A stretch of 49,958 nucleotides of DNA from positions 1-49,958 of the forward strand of contig JABIHA010000104.1 in NCBI GenBank assembly GCA_018649885.1. The letters run 5' to 3'. Positions 21,360 through 29,660 of this stretch are shown here, piece after piece; positions within the stretch are counted from its first letter, which is position 1; each line of letters begins with the position of its first letter. Origin of the DNA: Bacteriovoracaceae bacterium. GTDB lineage: Bacteria; Bdellovibrionota; Bacteriovoracia; Bacteriovoracales; Bacteriovoracaceae. The translations under genes and the position numbers were made by a program. The notes under the pieces were generated by a model. That model searched no databases. It saw only the letters and a list, made by a program, of their open reading frames with translations, and had not been told where the DNA came from.

Positions 21360-21893
21360 TTAATGTGAAATCATGAGGACCATCACAATTCCATTTGCAA
21401 GTCCCCAAAATGTGCTTCTGAGAAACCCAATATTGAACAGGTATGAAAGTAAGAATAATACTCTCAATATAAGATAAGTGATTCCCATTGTTGCCATTTT
21501 TCTTGGATCGCAATCACTTACATAGGAAATTATCATTGCCACACTAAAGGGGGCAAATGATTCTAAAAAGTTCGAGTGTATACCACTTGCTCGTATTGAG
21601 AATTCATCATTTAAGCTTTTCTGCTGGGCCCTAGGATTGCTATTGTTATATCCACCTTTACCCATGACTTGAACTAGCGGCATCCTGCTAAGAGGTAGGA
21701 CTAATATATAGGCCGCAAAAATAAGATAGAAAGCAATATCTTTTGAGGCCTCATTAACTAAGTAAAAGTCTTTTAAAAACCAGGCAAATACAAACCCCAT
21801 CCCATAAAGAGAGAAAACGAGGAGGTGGGCTCTCAAGGAAGTATTCAAGAAATGGTTAGCTAGAAATTGGTCTAAAAAATTATTCTTTTTCAT
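21360..21893 (-). CDS. MAPEG family membrane protein
   Basis: YNNSNPR, RASGIHSNFLESF, four or more TM helices, LRS..W. Confidence 0.85.
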   Translation of the reverse strand: MKKNNFLDQFLANHFLNTSLRAHLLVFSLYGMGFVFAWFLKDFYLVNEASKDIAFYLIFAAYILVLPLSRMPLVQVMGKGGYNNSNPRAQQKSLNDEFSIRASGIHSNFLESFAPFSVAMIISYVSDCDPRKMATMGITYLILRVLFLLSYLFNIGFLRSTFWGLANGIVMVLMISH

Positions 21894-22219
21894 GCCTTAT
21901 ATAAAACTACAATTTCACACAGAATCCAAGAAATTTGATAAATAAAAAATAGGTATTTTATTTAATAGTATGTATTCACCCATTTTGTTGGCACTACATT
22001 TTTAAAAATTTTAAGCCTTATTCTTATAACTAGCTAATACAATGTCCAGGCCACTTTCTGCGCTCTTTCTAGAGCTATAATACGAAAGTCTATAAGACGC
22101 TCACAACGATTGTTAAATTTGATGTGAAAGGGTCTACTCTGGGGGATGTTGGTGAATAAACTTTGTTTATACAAAATCTTAGTGATTTCAACTAATTCGA
22201 CAATACCCAACGAACTTAC

Positions 22220-22245
22220 TCAAGTTCCCTCTCCCAACTACCGAT
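22220..22245 (+). promoter_or_regulatory. Putative sigma-28 (FliA) promoter
   Basis: TCAAG-N15-ACCGAT upstream of the Lys-rich secreted protein gene. Confidence 0.5.
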
Positions 22246-22383
22246 TCGTTTCAAAGAAGTACTTAGTTCTAGGTTTTAATTTTTGTAATTTTGCTAACTA
22301 ACTATTAACTAAACAAAGAAGTATTTATCAAAAATTTAACGACAAGACTATTCACAATATTCACCACCAACACCGCAAAGGCT

Positions 22384-24648
22384 TTGGTCCTTTTACTAAT
22401 CATTGGATTCAGTAGTGGAGATCTACTTGCGAAAAAAAGCAGCTCTGGTGGAAATAAAAAACTCGAAAAAATATTTTCCGACTGTATGGATAAGGGTGGA
22501 AGATTTAGTAAGTGTAAAAGTATATGTAAAAAAGAGGCGAAAAAGATTGGCGCCAGTAAAAAATATTGTAGAGGCAAAAAAAGAAGAAACTACAAAGCAG
22601 AAAGAAAGAAAAGTAAAAATATACGTAAGTCAGATAAAAAAGCTGCTAAAGCGAGTGTTAAAGAGCTGAAGGAGTCCACTTGGTCTGATAAGAAAAAAGA
22701 TAGAGTGGGAAATCGCAGAGAGAAAAGGACCGTAAGGAAAGAAAAAAGGCAGGTAAAAAGGGCCGCACGCCAAGATAAAAAAATGGACAGACAAAGTGCT
22801 CGCGCTGAAAAAAAATATAAAAGACTTGAATCAAAAGGGAAATTTAAAAAGAAAAGAAAACGTATTGAAAAAAGGCAAGCTAGAAAAAATAAGCGCCTTA
22901 ATAAGAGAATTGCACGTAAAAAAAGAAAAGGCAAAGATATCGCTGTTAACCGACTTCAGGGGAAAAAGCAGAGAATGAATGATCGCCTAGAAAAAAAGAA
23001 GAATAAAAAAGAAATTAGAGTCCTATGTAAGATGGGTGCCAGAGATATTGTAGGCAGTGGATATGAAAAAGACTGCTGTGTTTCATGGTTTAAAAAAGAA
23101 ACCGCCAGAGAAACGGGTACAGAAGTTGGAGTAGTCACCGCCGCAGCTTATGGGGGTGCTGTTTGTACAGCGGTTACCTTTGGTGGTTGTTCTGCAGGTG
23201 CTTCAATTGGAATAGCGGCAGCTTCCACAGGAGCGAGTGTTGCCAATAGTACAATTAAAACTAAATTAGATAGAAAAATGGAAGTAGTAGGTTGCGAAAA
23301 ATATGTCGCCGACTGGAAAACAGAGAAAAAATCAAAAAAACGTAGTCGTAAACTTGGCAGACAAACAAGAAAAGGCATGCGTCTCGACAAAAGATCTAAA
23401 AAAGCGAAGAAAAAAGGCAATACTAGAAAGGTTGCCCGAATTGACAGAAAGAAAGGTAGGCTTGCCAAAAAACAAGAAAAACAATTTCAAAAAGCTATTT
23501 GCTACGGAAGTTTGACCAAGCAAGATGAGAAACGCTTGACCGAAAATCCCAAATTAATGAATAGATATGATCCCTATACAAGTAAAAAGGCACACAAGCG
23601 TTGTTGTAAGATGCTAACCTCTGACAAAGCATTTCAAGCAGTCGCAAAGGGAGCCGGCACTGTCGCTTCAGCAGTGGCCACTATGGGGCTTCAAACTTTC
23701 CTGACCAAACCAATGGAAAAAGCAGCTGCTGAAGTATTAAAGCAAGGAGTTAAAAATGCAGCTAAAGGTATCGGCAAGGCAATTGCCAAAGCACAGTTAA
23801 ACTCCATGGCCAAACAAGTGCAAAAAGAAGCTATGAGGGCGGCCATGAAACAGGCCGGTGAAGGTGTCAGCAGGCAAGCTGCCAAGGCAGCCGCTAAAGC
23901 TGCTGGAGAAGCAGCAAAAAAATCCATGAGTAGTGGCTTTAGTTATGGCTCTTCTGCTTTGGCATCGGTTACCCGAGAAATGGCAGCAGCCGGAATGAGT
24001 GGGGTCGTAAAATCAACCGCCCGTGAAGCTGGCGCAGCTCTGACAGATACTACGGTGGATGCCATGCAAGAGGCGATGTTAAAAATTACTAGAAAATTTT
24101 CAACAAACACTATAAAAGCGGCCAATACAAAAATTGCAAAAGAAGTTGGTAAGTCGATGGTAGGAGCCGCAGTTGGTGGGTTTCAAAAGTCTGATTCAAC
24201 TTTTAGAAAAGTTATTTATGTCACTGTACAAGGTGGAGCTGTTCAACAAGTTGCACTGGGAGAGCTCTATAATATGGCTCCGGAGCTTAGCTATATAAGT
24301 GAAGCAGCCGATTTGTTACTTATTATAGAAAGTAATTCCGCATACAATAAGAGCACTAATACATTTACATTTGGAAAAAATGTTAGGTGGGGTTCTGTTG
24401 TGGGAGAGGTTGCAAGTAAATATGCATCAATTATGGCGAATCAAATGGCCGTTTCAATGTATGCACAGGCCTTAACGTCGACAAATCGTGCCCACGATGA
24501 ATTTCTAGCCACGCAAGATAGAGCTGGACAGGAAAGCTCTGTACTAGATGGAAGTGGTCAATACAATCTAGTTTCCGCCAGAGCAATGGAACTCAACTGT
24601 AGTCTCAAACTATTCAAAAAGAAAAAGAAGAAAAAGAAAAGAAAGTAA
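22384..24648 (+). CDS. Very basic secreted protein with Cys-clamped Gly/Ala-rich hydrophobic inserts and poly-Lys C-terminus
   Basis: Hydrophobic N-terminus (frame open from 22309, start uncertain); long K/R-rich tracts; two C...CC...ME..C modules; ends KKKKKKKKRK. Confidence 0.75.
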   Translation: MVLLLIIGFSSGDLLAKKSSSGGNKKLEKIFSDCMDKGGRFSKCKSICKKEAKKIGASKKYCRGKKRRNYKAERKKSKNIRKSDKKAAKASVKELKESTWSDKKKDRVGNRREKRTVRKEKRQVKRAARQDKKMDRQSARAEKKYKRLESKGKFKKKRKRIEKRQARKNKRLNKRIARKKRKGKDIAVNRLQGKKQRMNDRLEKKKNKKEIRVLCKMGARDIVGSGYEKDCCVSWFKKETARETGTEVGVVTAAAYGGAVCTAVTFGGCSAGASIGIAAASTGASVANSTIKTKLDRKMEVVGCEKYVADWKTEKKSKKRSRKLGRQTRKGMRLDKRSKKAKKKGNTRKVARIDRKKGRLAKKQEKQFQKAICYGSLTKQDEKRLTENPKLMNRYDPYTSKKAHKRCCKMLTSDKAFQAVAKGAGTVASAVATMGLQTFLTKPMEKAAAEVLKQGVKNAAKGIGKAIAKAQLNSMAKQVQKEAMRAAMKQAGEGVSRQAAKAAAKAAGEAAKKSMSSGFSYGSSALASVTREMAAAGMSGVVKSTAREAGAALTDTTVDAMQEAMLKITRKFSTNTIKAANTKIAKEVGKSMVGAAVGGFQKSDSTFRKVIYVTVQGGAVQQVALGELYNMAPELSYISEAADLLLIIESNSAYNKSTNTFTFGKNVRWGSVVGEVASKYASIMANQMAVSMYAQALTSTNRAHDEFLATQDRAGQESSVLDGSGQYNLVSARAMELNCSLKLFKKKKKKKKRK

Positions 24649-24699
24649 TAGTTTAACATCTATGCAGATTCCAATTCACAAGTGTAATGGAGCCTTCAC

Positions 24700-25212
24700 T
24701 TAAATCTGCTCAAGCCTTTTACAAAAATAAGACTGACCTTCATCGCAGGCCAACTGATGGTAGTCCCTGGCCCTATATTGTTTAAGAGCTACAATATTGC
24801 TTGGATCTAAGCTCAAGGCTTCTTCATATAAATCAATTAAAACTTCATTGGGGCCCCACTCGGATGGATTGTGATCCACCCCCAAGGCCCGATTTACAAT
24901 CTCTCGAGATTTTTCAACTTTGTTGTCTGCACTATAAAACTTGCGCTTCACCTTTTTAGGTTCAGCAGCTATTTTTTGATTTGTTAAGCTTTTGTTTTTT
25001 ATGTTTTTTTCTGGTGAGTTATTGGTTAGTAAAGTATGCTGATCTGTCTTTTTTTTAGTGTAATCAGATGTAACGACTCCCCTCCTGCCTGATAATAGTT
25101 TATTTTCCAAGCCCGTTTCAGAAGAAAAAAACAATTTTCCCACAAAAATACCTAAACATAAGGTTATCAGGTGCGAGAAAAACTTTTTTTTATTCATTTC
25201 CATCCATTTCAT
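24700..25212 (-). CDS. Membrane-anchored protein with C-terminal TPR/Sel1-like helices
   Basis: N-terminal TM helix; YEEALSLDPSN TPR-like motif; ACDEG...FC Sel1-like end. Confidence 0.65.
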   Translation of the reverse strand: MKWMEMNKKKFFSHLITLCLGIFVGKLFFSSETGLENKLLSGRRGVVTSDYTKKKTDQHTLLTNNSPEKNIKNKSLTNQKIAAEPKKVKRKFYSADNKVEKSREIVNRALGVDHNPSEWGPNEVLIDLYEEALSLDPSNIVALKQYRARDYHQLACDEGQSYFCKRLEQI

Positions 25213-25351
25213 TAGGTTCTCTTGGATTAAAATCCTTTGTATTGATTCTATACTTTAGCTAACTCACCGTCCAATAAGACGCTGAAGGTTGTTCTTACAA
25301 ACGACTTACGATATCGTACAAATTATCTAAAAAAGCTAAAAGGGACCTTGA

Positions 25352-26449
25352 GTGCAAAATCTGTCAGAAATATTGAAACTTTTTTTTCGGTTAGGTATCG
25401 TTGCCTTTGGAGGCCCTGCTGCTCATATTGCAATGATCCACAAAGAGGTCGTAGATAAAAGAAAGTGGATGGACGAGGATCATTTTCTTGACCTTGTTGG
25501 TGCAACATCATTGATACCTGGACCCAATTCGACTGAAATGGTCATTCACTGTGGCTTTCACAGAGGTGGAGTCGCTGGCCTATTTGTTTCAGGGCTATCC
25601 TTCATTTTGCCCGCCTGTGTTTTAACAGGCGTGCTTGCACACCTTTATACTCTTGCCTACAAAATCCCTAATTTTGAGGCCTATATGATTGGTATTAAAC
25701 CTGTCGTTGTTATTTTAATTTTTCAAGCACTGCAAAAATTATGGAAAAAAGCAATTAAGAGTTATGAGCTTGCATTTGTTTCGGCCTTAGTATTAGCTTT
25801 GGGTTTTACGGGCATCAGTGAAGTGTTTGCCTTATTTATTGGTGCTACCGTAGGATTCATGGTCCTTAAAGTTAAAGATTCGACAGGTGTAAAAAGTGTC
25901 GCTCTACCCGCTATTTTCTGGGTATTCGCAAAAATAGGATCTGTTCTTTTTGGAAGTGGATACGTCCTAATTGCCTACCTACAAGATGAAATAGTAGAAA
26001 GACACGGCTGGCTAACAAGTGCTCAAATTGCCGACGCAATCGCCATTGGCCAATTTACTCCTGGTCCTGTTCTTTCAACTTCAACTTTTATAGGTTACTT
26101 GCTAAATGGAGGCTGGGGCGCAGTAGTGGCATCTGTTGGTATCTTTCTTCCCTCTTTCTTATTTGTTCTCATTTTAAATCCTGTCATCCCAAAAATGAGA
26201 AGCTCTCGTAATTTTTCACTGCTTTTAGATTGTGTTAATGCCGGAGCCATAGGACTTATGGCCTACGCACTTTATCCTTTGGGAAAAATGTCTTTTATGA
26301 ATCCAATAGGCATTGCAGTTTTCATTGTGGTGATTATGGTGTTTTTAAAGTTTCCAAAAATCAGCTCACTGAAACTGGTTTCCCTAGGAATTATACTTGG
26401 AGTAGCGTTTGTTAAAACTGGTCAATATTTTAATTTAAGAATTAGTTAA
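25352..26449 (+). CDS. chrA: Chromate efflux transporter, long-chain CHR family
   Basis: FGGPAAHIA, PGPNSTE, LFGSGY, QFTPGP in two homologous halves. Confidence 0.95.
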   Translation: MQNLSEILKLFFRLGIVAFGGPAAHIAMIHKEVVDKRKWMDEDHFLDLVGATSLIPGPNSTEMVIHCGFHRGGVAGLFVSGLSFILPACVLTGVLAHLYTLAYKIPNFEAYMIGIKPVVVILIFQALQKLWKKAIKSYELAFVSALVLALGFTGISEVFALFIGATVGFMVLKVKDSTGVKSVALPAIFWVFAKIGSVLFGSGYVLIAYLQDEIVERHGWLTSAQIADAIAIGQFTPGPVLSTSTFIGYLLNGGWGAVVASVGIFLPSFLFVLILNPVIPKMRSSRNFSLLLDCVNAGAIGLMAYALYPLGKMSFMNPIGIAVFIVVIMVFLKFPKISSLKLVSLGIILGVAFVKTGQYFNLRIS

Positions 26450-26538
26450 TAAGGATTCCTAAGCATATACTCACCACGAGACTTGGTTACTGAGCATCCT
26501 GCAAAAACTAATATAAATACTACAATCTTTAAAAATAT
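26446..26538 (-). pseudogene. Mini-lipoprotein or truncated lipoprotein remnant with ATA start
   Basis: AAGGA RBS then (ATA)FLKIVVFILVFAGCSVTKSRGEYMLRNPY*; lipobox FAGC. Confidence 0.4.
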
Positions 26539-26577
26539 TTGATCCTTCTTAACTAAGTTTTTCGGAGATAGACCGCA

Positions 26578-26976
26578 TTAGCTGTGCTCAATAGTAACAA
26601 TCACTTCATCACCATCTCCCAAATCTAGCTCATCTCTCAATTTCTTTTCAGCGGCAATTTCAATAATTTTGCGTGGATGAGCGCCAATGCCTTTTTCATT
26701 GTTATCAGCTCTAATAATGATGCCATTTAGGTGTCCTACTTTGCAGGGGTAAAAGCTGGCTGAGACAGTACCATTGTACTCATGTGCCTCTATTCTCGTG
26801 CTGCCACTTGGGATGGAAAACTCGTGATCAAGCTCGAGGTTTAAGGAACCAGGGATTAGATTTAGTTTAGATTTCTTATTGTATAGATCCCACAATCCTT
26901 CGATATTTTCGAAAACCCAAGAAAAGTGGCCCTTTCCCGTTTTTACTTTGCCTTTTAAAATTGTCTTAGATTTCAT
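26578..26976 (-). CDS. CTP-dependent riboflavin kinase-like protein (DUF120, archaeal type)
   Basis: GKVKTGKG, PGSLN, IIEIAA..KLRDELDLGDGDEV. Confidence 0.82.
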   Translation of the reverse strand: MKSKTILKGKVKTGKGHFSWVFENIEGLWDLYNKKSKLNLIPGSLNLELDHEFSIPSGSTRIEAHEYNGTVSASFYPCKVGHLNGIIIRADNNEKGIGAHPRKIIEIAAEKKLRDELDLGDGDEVIVTIEHS

Positions 26977-27025
26977 GATTTAGCTTCCACAAGTTTTCCG
27001 CCAAAGGCAATTGAGTTAAGGATAT

Positions 27026-27586
27026 TTAGAGCACTCTTTTCATCACATTTTTTTCAGTATGGTGAAAAATCTCTGTCTGTCCTTTTATTTTGATTTGAGT
27101 ATCCTCATCATAAGAAAATGTGTTTTCATCAAGGCGACCGATCTCTATTTCATAGTTCATTGTTTTAAATTCCTCATTTAGAAATTTATTGGAACAAACA
27201 CCGTATGTTTCAGATCCCACAGCTGCTTGAACTTTGAACTTTCTTGAATCAAAGGTTGTAGTTCCACCTGCATTTACACTTATTCCTCTCGGAACAATAA
27301 AACTTTTCATCACCTGCTGGTTTTCAGCATCCCAAAGCCAATAGCCAACCTCTTCGTGAAAAGGCTCATCATCACCCTCTTCCCATGCAACGGTGCTGTA
27401 TCTTAATCCATAAAGCTTTTGCTCATGATTATTAACGTCCCCTATAGGAATGAACTCCATTTCTTGACGAAATTTTGTATTCTCTACTTTTCGATCTGGA
27501 TCTGGCGCCCGGTTCTCACCATTGTCTTCTACGCTATCCCATTTCCCAATTAAAAAGGCCAAAGGCCCATAAAGATCACTGCTCAT
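27026..27586 (-). CDS. Nitrobindin/FABP-like heme-binding beta-barrel (DUF1794)
   Basis: GPLAFLIGKW, FHEEVGYWLW, FHHTEKN. Confidence 0.88.
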   Translation of the reverse strand: MSSDLYGPLAFLIGKWDSVEDNGENRAPDPDRKVENTKFRQEMEFIPIGDVNNHEQKLYGLRYSTVAWEEGDDEPFHEEVGYWLWDAENQQVMKSFIVPRGISVNAGGTTTFDSRKFKVQAAVGSETYGVCSNKFLNEEFKTMNYEIEIGRLDENTFSYDEDTQIKIKGQTEIFHHTEKNVMKRVL

Positions 27587-27628
27587 AATAAATCCTAGTC
27601 AAACCATCACTATCTACTCACAATCAAT

Positions 27629-28096
27629 TTATAAGTTTTTTTTCATATTGAAAACTTTAAGACCCATAAATTTTCTAATTCCAGTGTTTTTTTTAAAACC
27701 TTGAGCCTGATAAAAAGACACCGCAAAAAGGGATGATCTTATTTTAATAAACTCTCCGCCTAGACTTATTGCATCGGCTTCAAATTTTTCTATTAATTTT
27801 TTTCCAACCCCTCGTTTGTGGAACCTGCCATCGACCATAAGCGAGGTAATTTTATTTTTTGATCCCCTTATAACACCAATGATTTGCTTGCCTTCCTCGG
27901 CAACATAAACAATGGAACTACGACTAAACATCACCATTAAATCTGCGGTTGATCTTTTTTTAGCATCCAGCAAATCTAAAACTTCATTTACTCCCTTAAG
28001 ATCAAAATAATCATTTCCATTATATTTTTTAAAAACTTGATAGATAAGCTCTGCACTGGGAACAGTATCTTTTTTTTGAAACTTTCTTATTCTCAT
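27629..28096 (-). CDS. GNAT acetyltransferase
   Basis: LMVDGRFHKRGVGKKL acetyl-CoA motif; AVSFYQAQGF. Confidence 0.88.
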   Translation of the reverse strand: MRIRKFQKKDTVPSAELIYQVFKKYNGNDYFDLKGVNEVLDLLDAKKRSTADLMVMFSRSSIVYVAEEGKQIIGVIRGSKNKITSLMVDGRFHKRGVGKKLIEKFEADAISLGGEFIKIRSSLFAVSFYQAQGFKKNTGIRKFMGLKVFNMKKNL

Positions 28097-28125
28097 TTTG
28101 TAATATTGGCCAAGAGAAATAATGG

Positions 28126-28155
28126 TGAAACGCAACGCTGCGGCGTTGCGTTTCA
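28126..28155. other. Perfect 13-bp stem-loop at the AKR stop codon
   Basis: TGAAACGCAACGC-TGCG-GCGTTGCGTTTCA; no long U tract directly after the stem on the coding strand. Confidence 0.7.
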
Positions 28156-28998
28156 GTATGGCCCCATTTCTTTAATTCGATTGCAGTCTTCATCACTAAT
28201 TGAAAAATTGAGTATCTCCAAATCCTGATCCATATGATTAGCTGAGGTAGTTCCTATTATGGGGTTAATACCTTGTTGATATAGGCATCTATAAAATATC
28301 TGAGCACTGGTCTTATCCAGTCTACTCGCAAGCTCAACTACCACTTCGCTTTCAAGAATATGTAGATTTGCTTTTAAAGTCCAAAAGCACTGGTAGAAAA
28401 TATCATTTTCTCTACAAAATGCTCTAAGCTCTTTATCGTGATTAGTTTCTTTATAAAATCTATTTTGTAGTATGGCCGGTTTAATTTTGGCCTCATGATA
28501 AAGACTTGCAAATAATTCGGGGTCATAGCAATTGCTAAGTCCTATGAGTTTTACTTCTCCTAATTCATAAATTTCTTCAAAGGTTTGCCAGGCCACAAGT
28601 GTATCTTCCCAAGTCTCAAGGGGAGAATGTAGTACCAAAGAATCTAGGTAGTCGGTATTTAGATTGCTTTTTGAGACTTCAAATGAATTGTGTATTTGAT
28701 CTTTAAGAGGCAATGCAGGGTCATAGGGAATATCGTTTGGATCCTGACCGCGAATCGATGTAAATTTTGTTTGGATAAAAAGATCTTCTCTTTTTAACCC
28801 TAATTGATAGGCCCTTTGGATTCCACGGCCTACAAGAGGCTCCTTGTAATGTTTTGGCTGACAGGCAGTATCAATGGCCCTAAATCCTTTTTTAATAGCT
28901 CTCTCAACAAGCTCTGCAGTTCTATGCTCTTTCCAGGCAGTGCCATAAAATAGTTTAGGGATTTTTACACCAGTGGAACTCAATATGTGCTGATCCAT
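28153..28998 (-). CDS. Aldo/keto reductase
   Basis: YGTAW, GFRAIDTA, FIQTK, YLDSLVLHSP, IGLSN, LQNR. Confidence 0.92.
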   Translation of the reverse strand: MDQHILSSTGVKIPKLFYGTAWKEHRTAELVERAIKKGFRAIDTACQPKHYKEPLVGRGIQRAYQLGLKREDLFIQTKFTSIRGQDPNDIPYDPALPLKDQIHNSFEVSKSNLNTDYLDSLVLHSPLETWEDTLVAWQTFEEIYELGEVKLIGLSNCYDPELFASLYHEAKIKPAILQNRFYKETNHDKELRAFCRENDIFYQCFWTLKANLHILESEVVVELASRLDKTSAQIFYRCLYQQGINPIIGTTSANHMDQDLEILNFSISDEDCNRIKEMGPY

Positions 28999-29141
28999 TT
29001 CTTTTCCTTTTTTAACCTGTTATTCTCAACATGAAGACCACTTGCAGCGCACTTAAAAGTAGCCAATTTCATTGATCCACGTCAGTAAAATGGTATAGTT
29101 TTCAAATACATCCTTCAAGCCAGACTGAGGAATATAAAGTT

Positions 29142-29660
29142 ATGAAAAAAGTTTTTTTAGTGGTCTTAGCGGTGGTTATCGCCTGCACAGTATTTTTATT
29201 TTTTAAGGGCAGAAAGATGCAAGTGATTACTACTGAAATAGAAATCTCTGCTCCTCCGGAAAAAGTTTGGGCCATTATTGCTGACGTAAATAAATGGCAA
29301 GACTGGAGTCCCATTATCAATAAATCAAGTGGGTCAGTTAGCGAAGGCTCGAAGCTCAATATTACAATGAAGGGCAAAGTAGAGGGCGAAGATGGACCTC
29401 AGTACTCCCCTACAATTACCAAGCTTGATAGGCCCAAATTTTTTAGGTGGCGTGCTTATATGCTCACTGGATTCCTTTTTACTAACGATAAAATATTCGA
29501 GTTAGAGGCATCGTCAAGTGGTACACGCCTTATTCATAAGGAATTATTTAAAGGCCTATTAGCTCCTCTTTTTTGCGACCATATGGAGACAGGTGTCCCG
29601 CCAATGTTGAATGCCATGAATAAAGCGTTAAAAGAATTAGCAGAAAAACCAGCACTTTAA
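29142..29660 (+). CDS. SRPBCC (polyketide cyclase-like) domain protein with N-terminal anchor
   Basis: TEIEISAPPEKVW...WQDW; MNKALKE. Confidence 0.88.
   Translation: MKKVFLVVLAVVIACTVFLFFKGRKMQVITTEIEISAPPEKVWAIIADVNKWQDWSPIINKSSGSVSEGSKLNITMKGKVEGEDGPQYSPTITKLDRPKFFRWRAYMLTGFLFTNDKIFELEASSSGTRLIHKELFKGLLAPLFCDHMETGVPPMLNAMNKALKELAEKPAL

Noticed and set aside
21985..22160. Possible further secreted-gene remnant (FLKILSLILITS*YNVQA...)
   Set aside because: Too short and degraded to distinguish from AT-rich intergenic sequence.
24700..24860. Possible internal deletion joining a TPR helix to a Sel1-like end
   Set aside because: Needs homologue alignment; the frame is intact.
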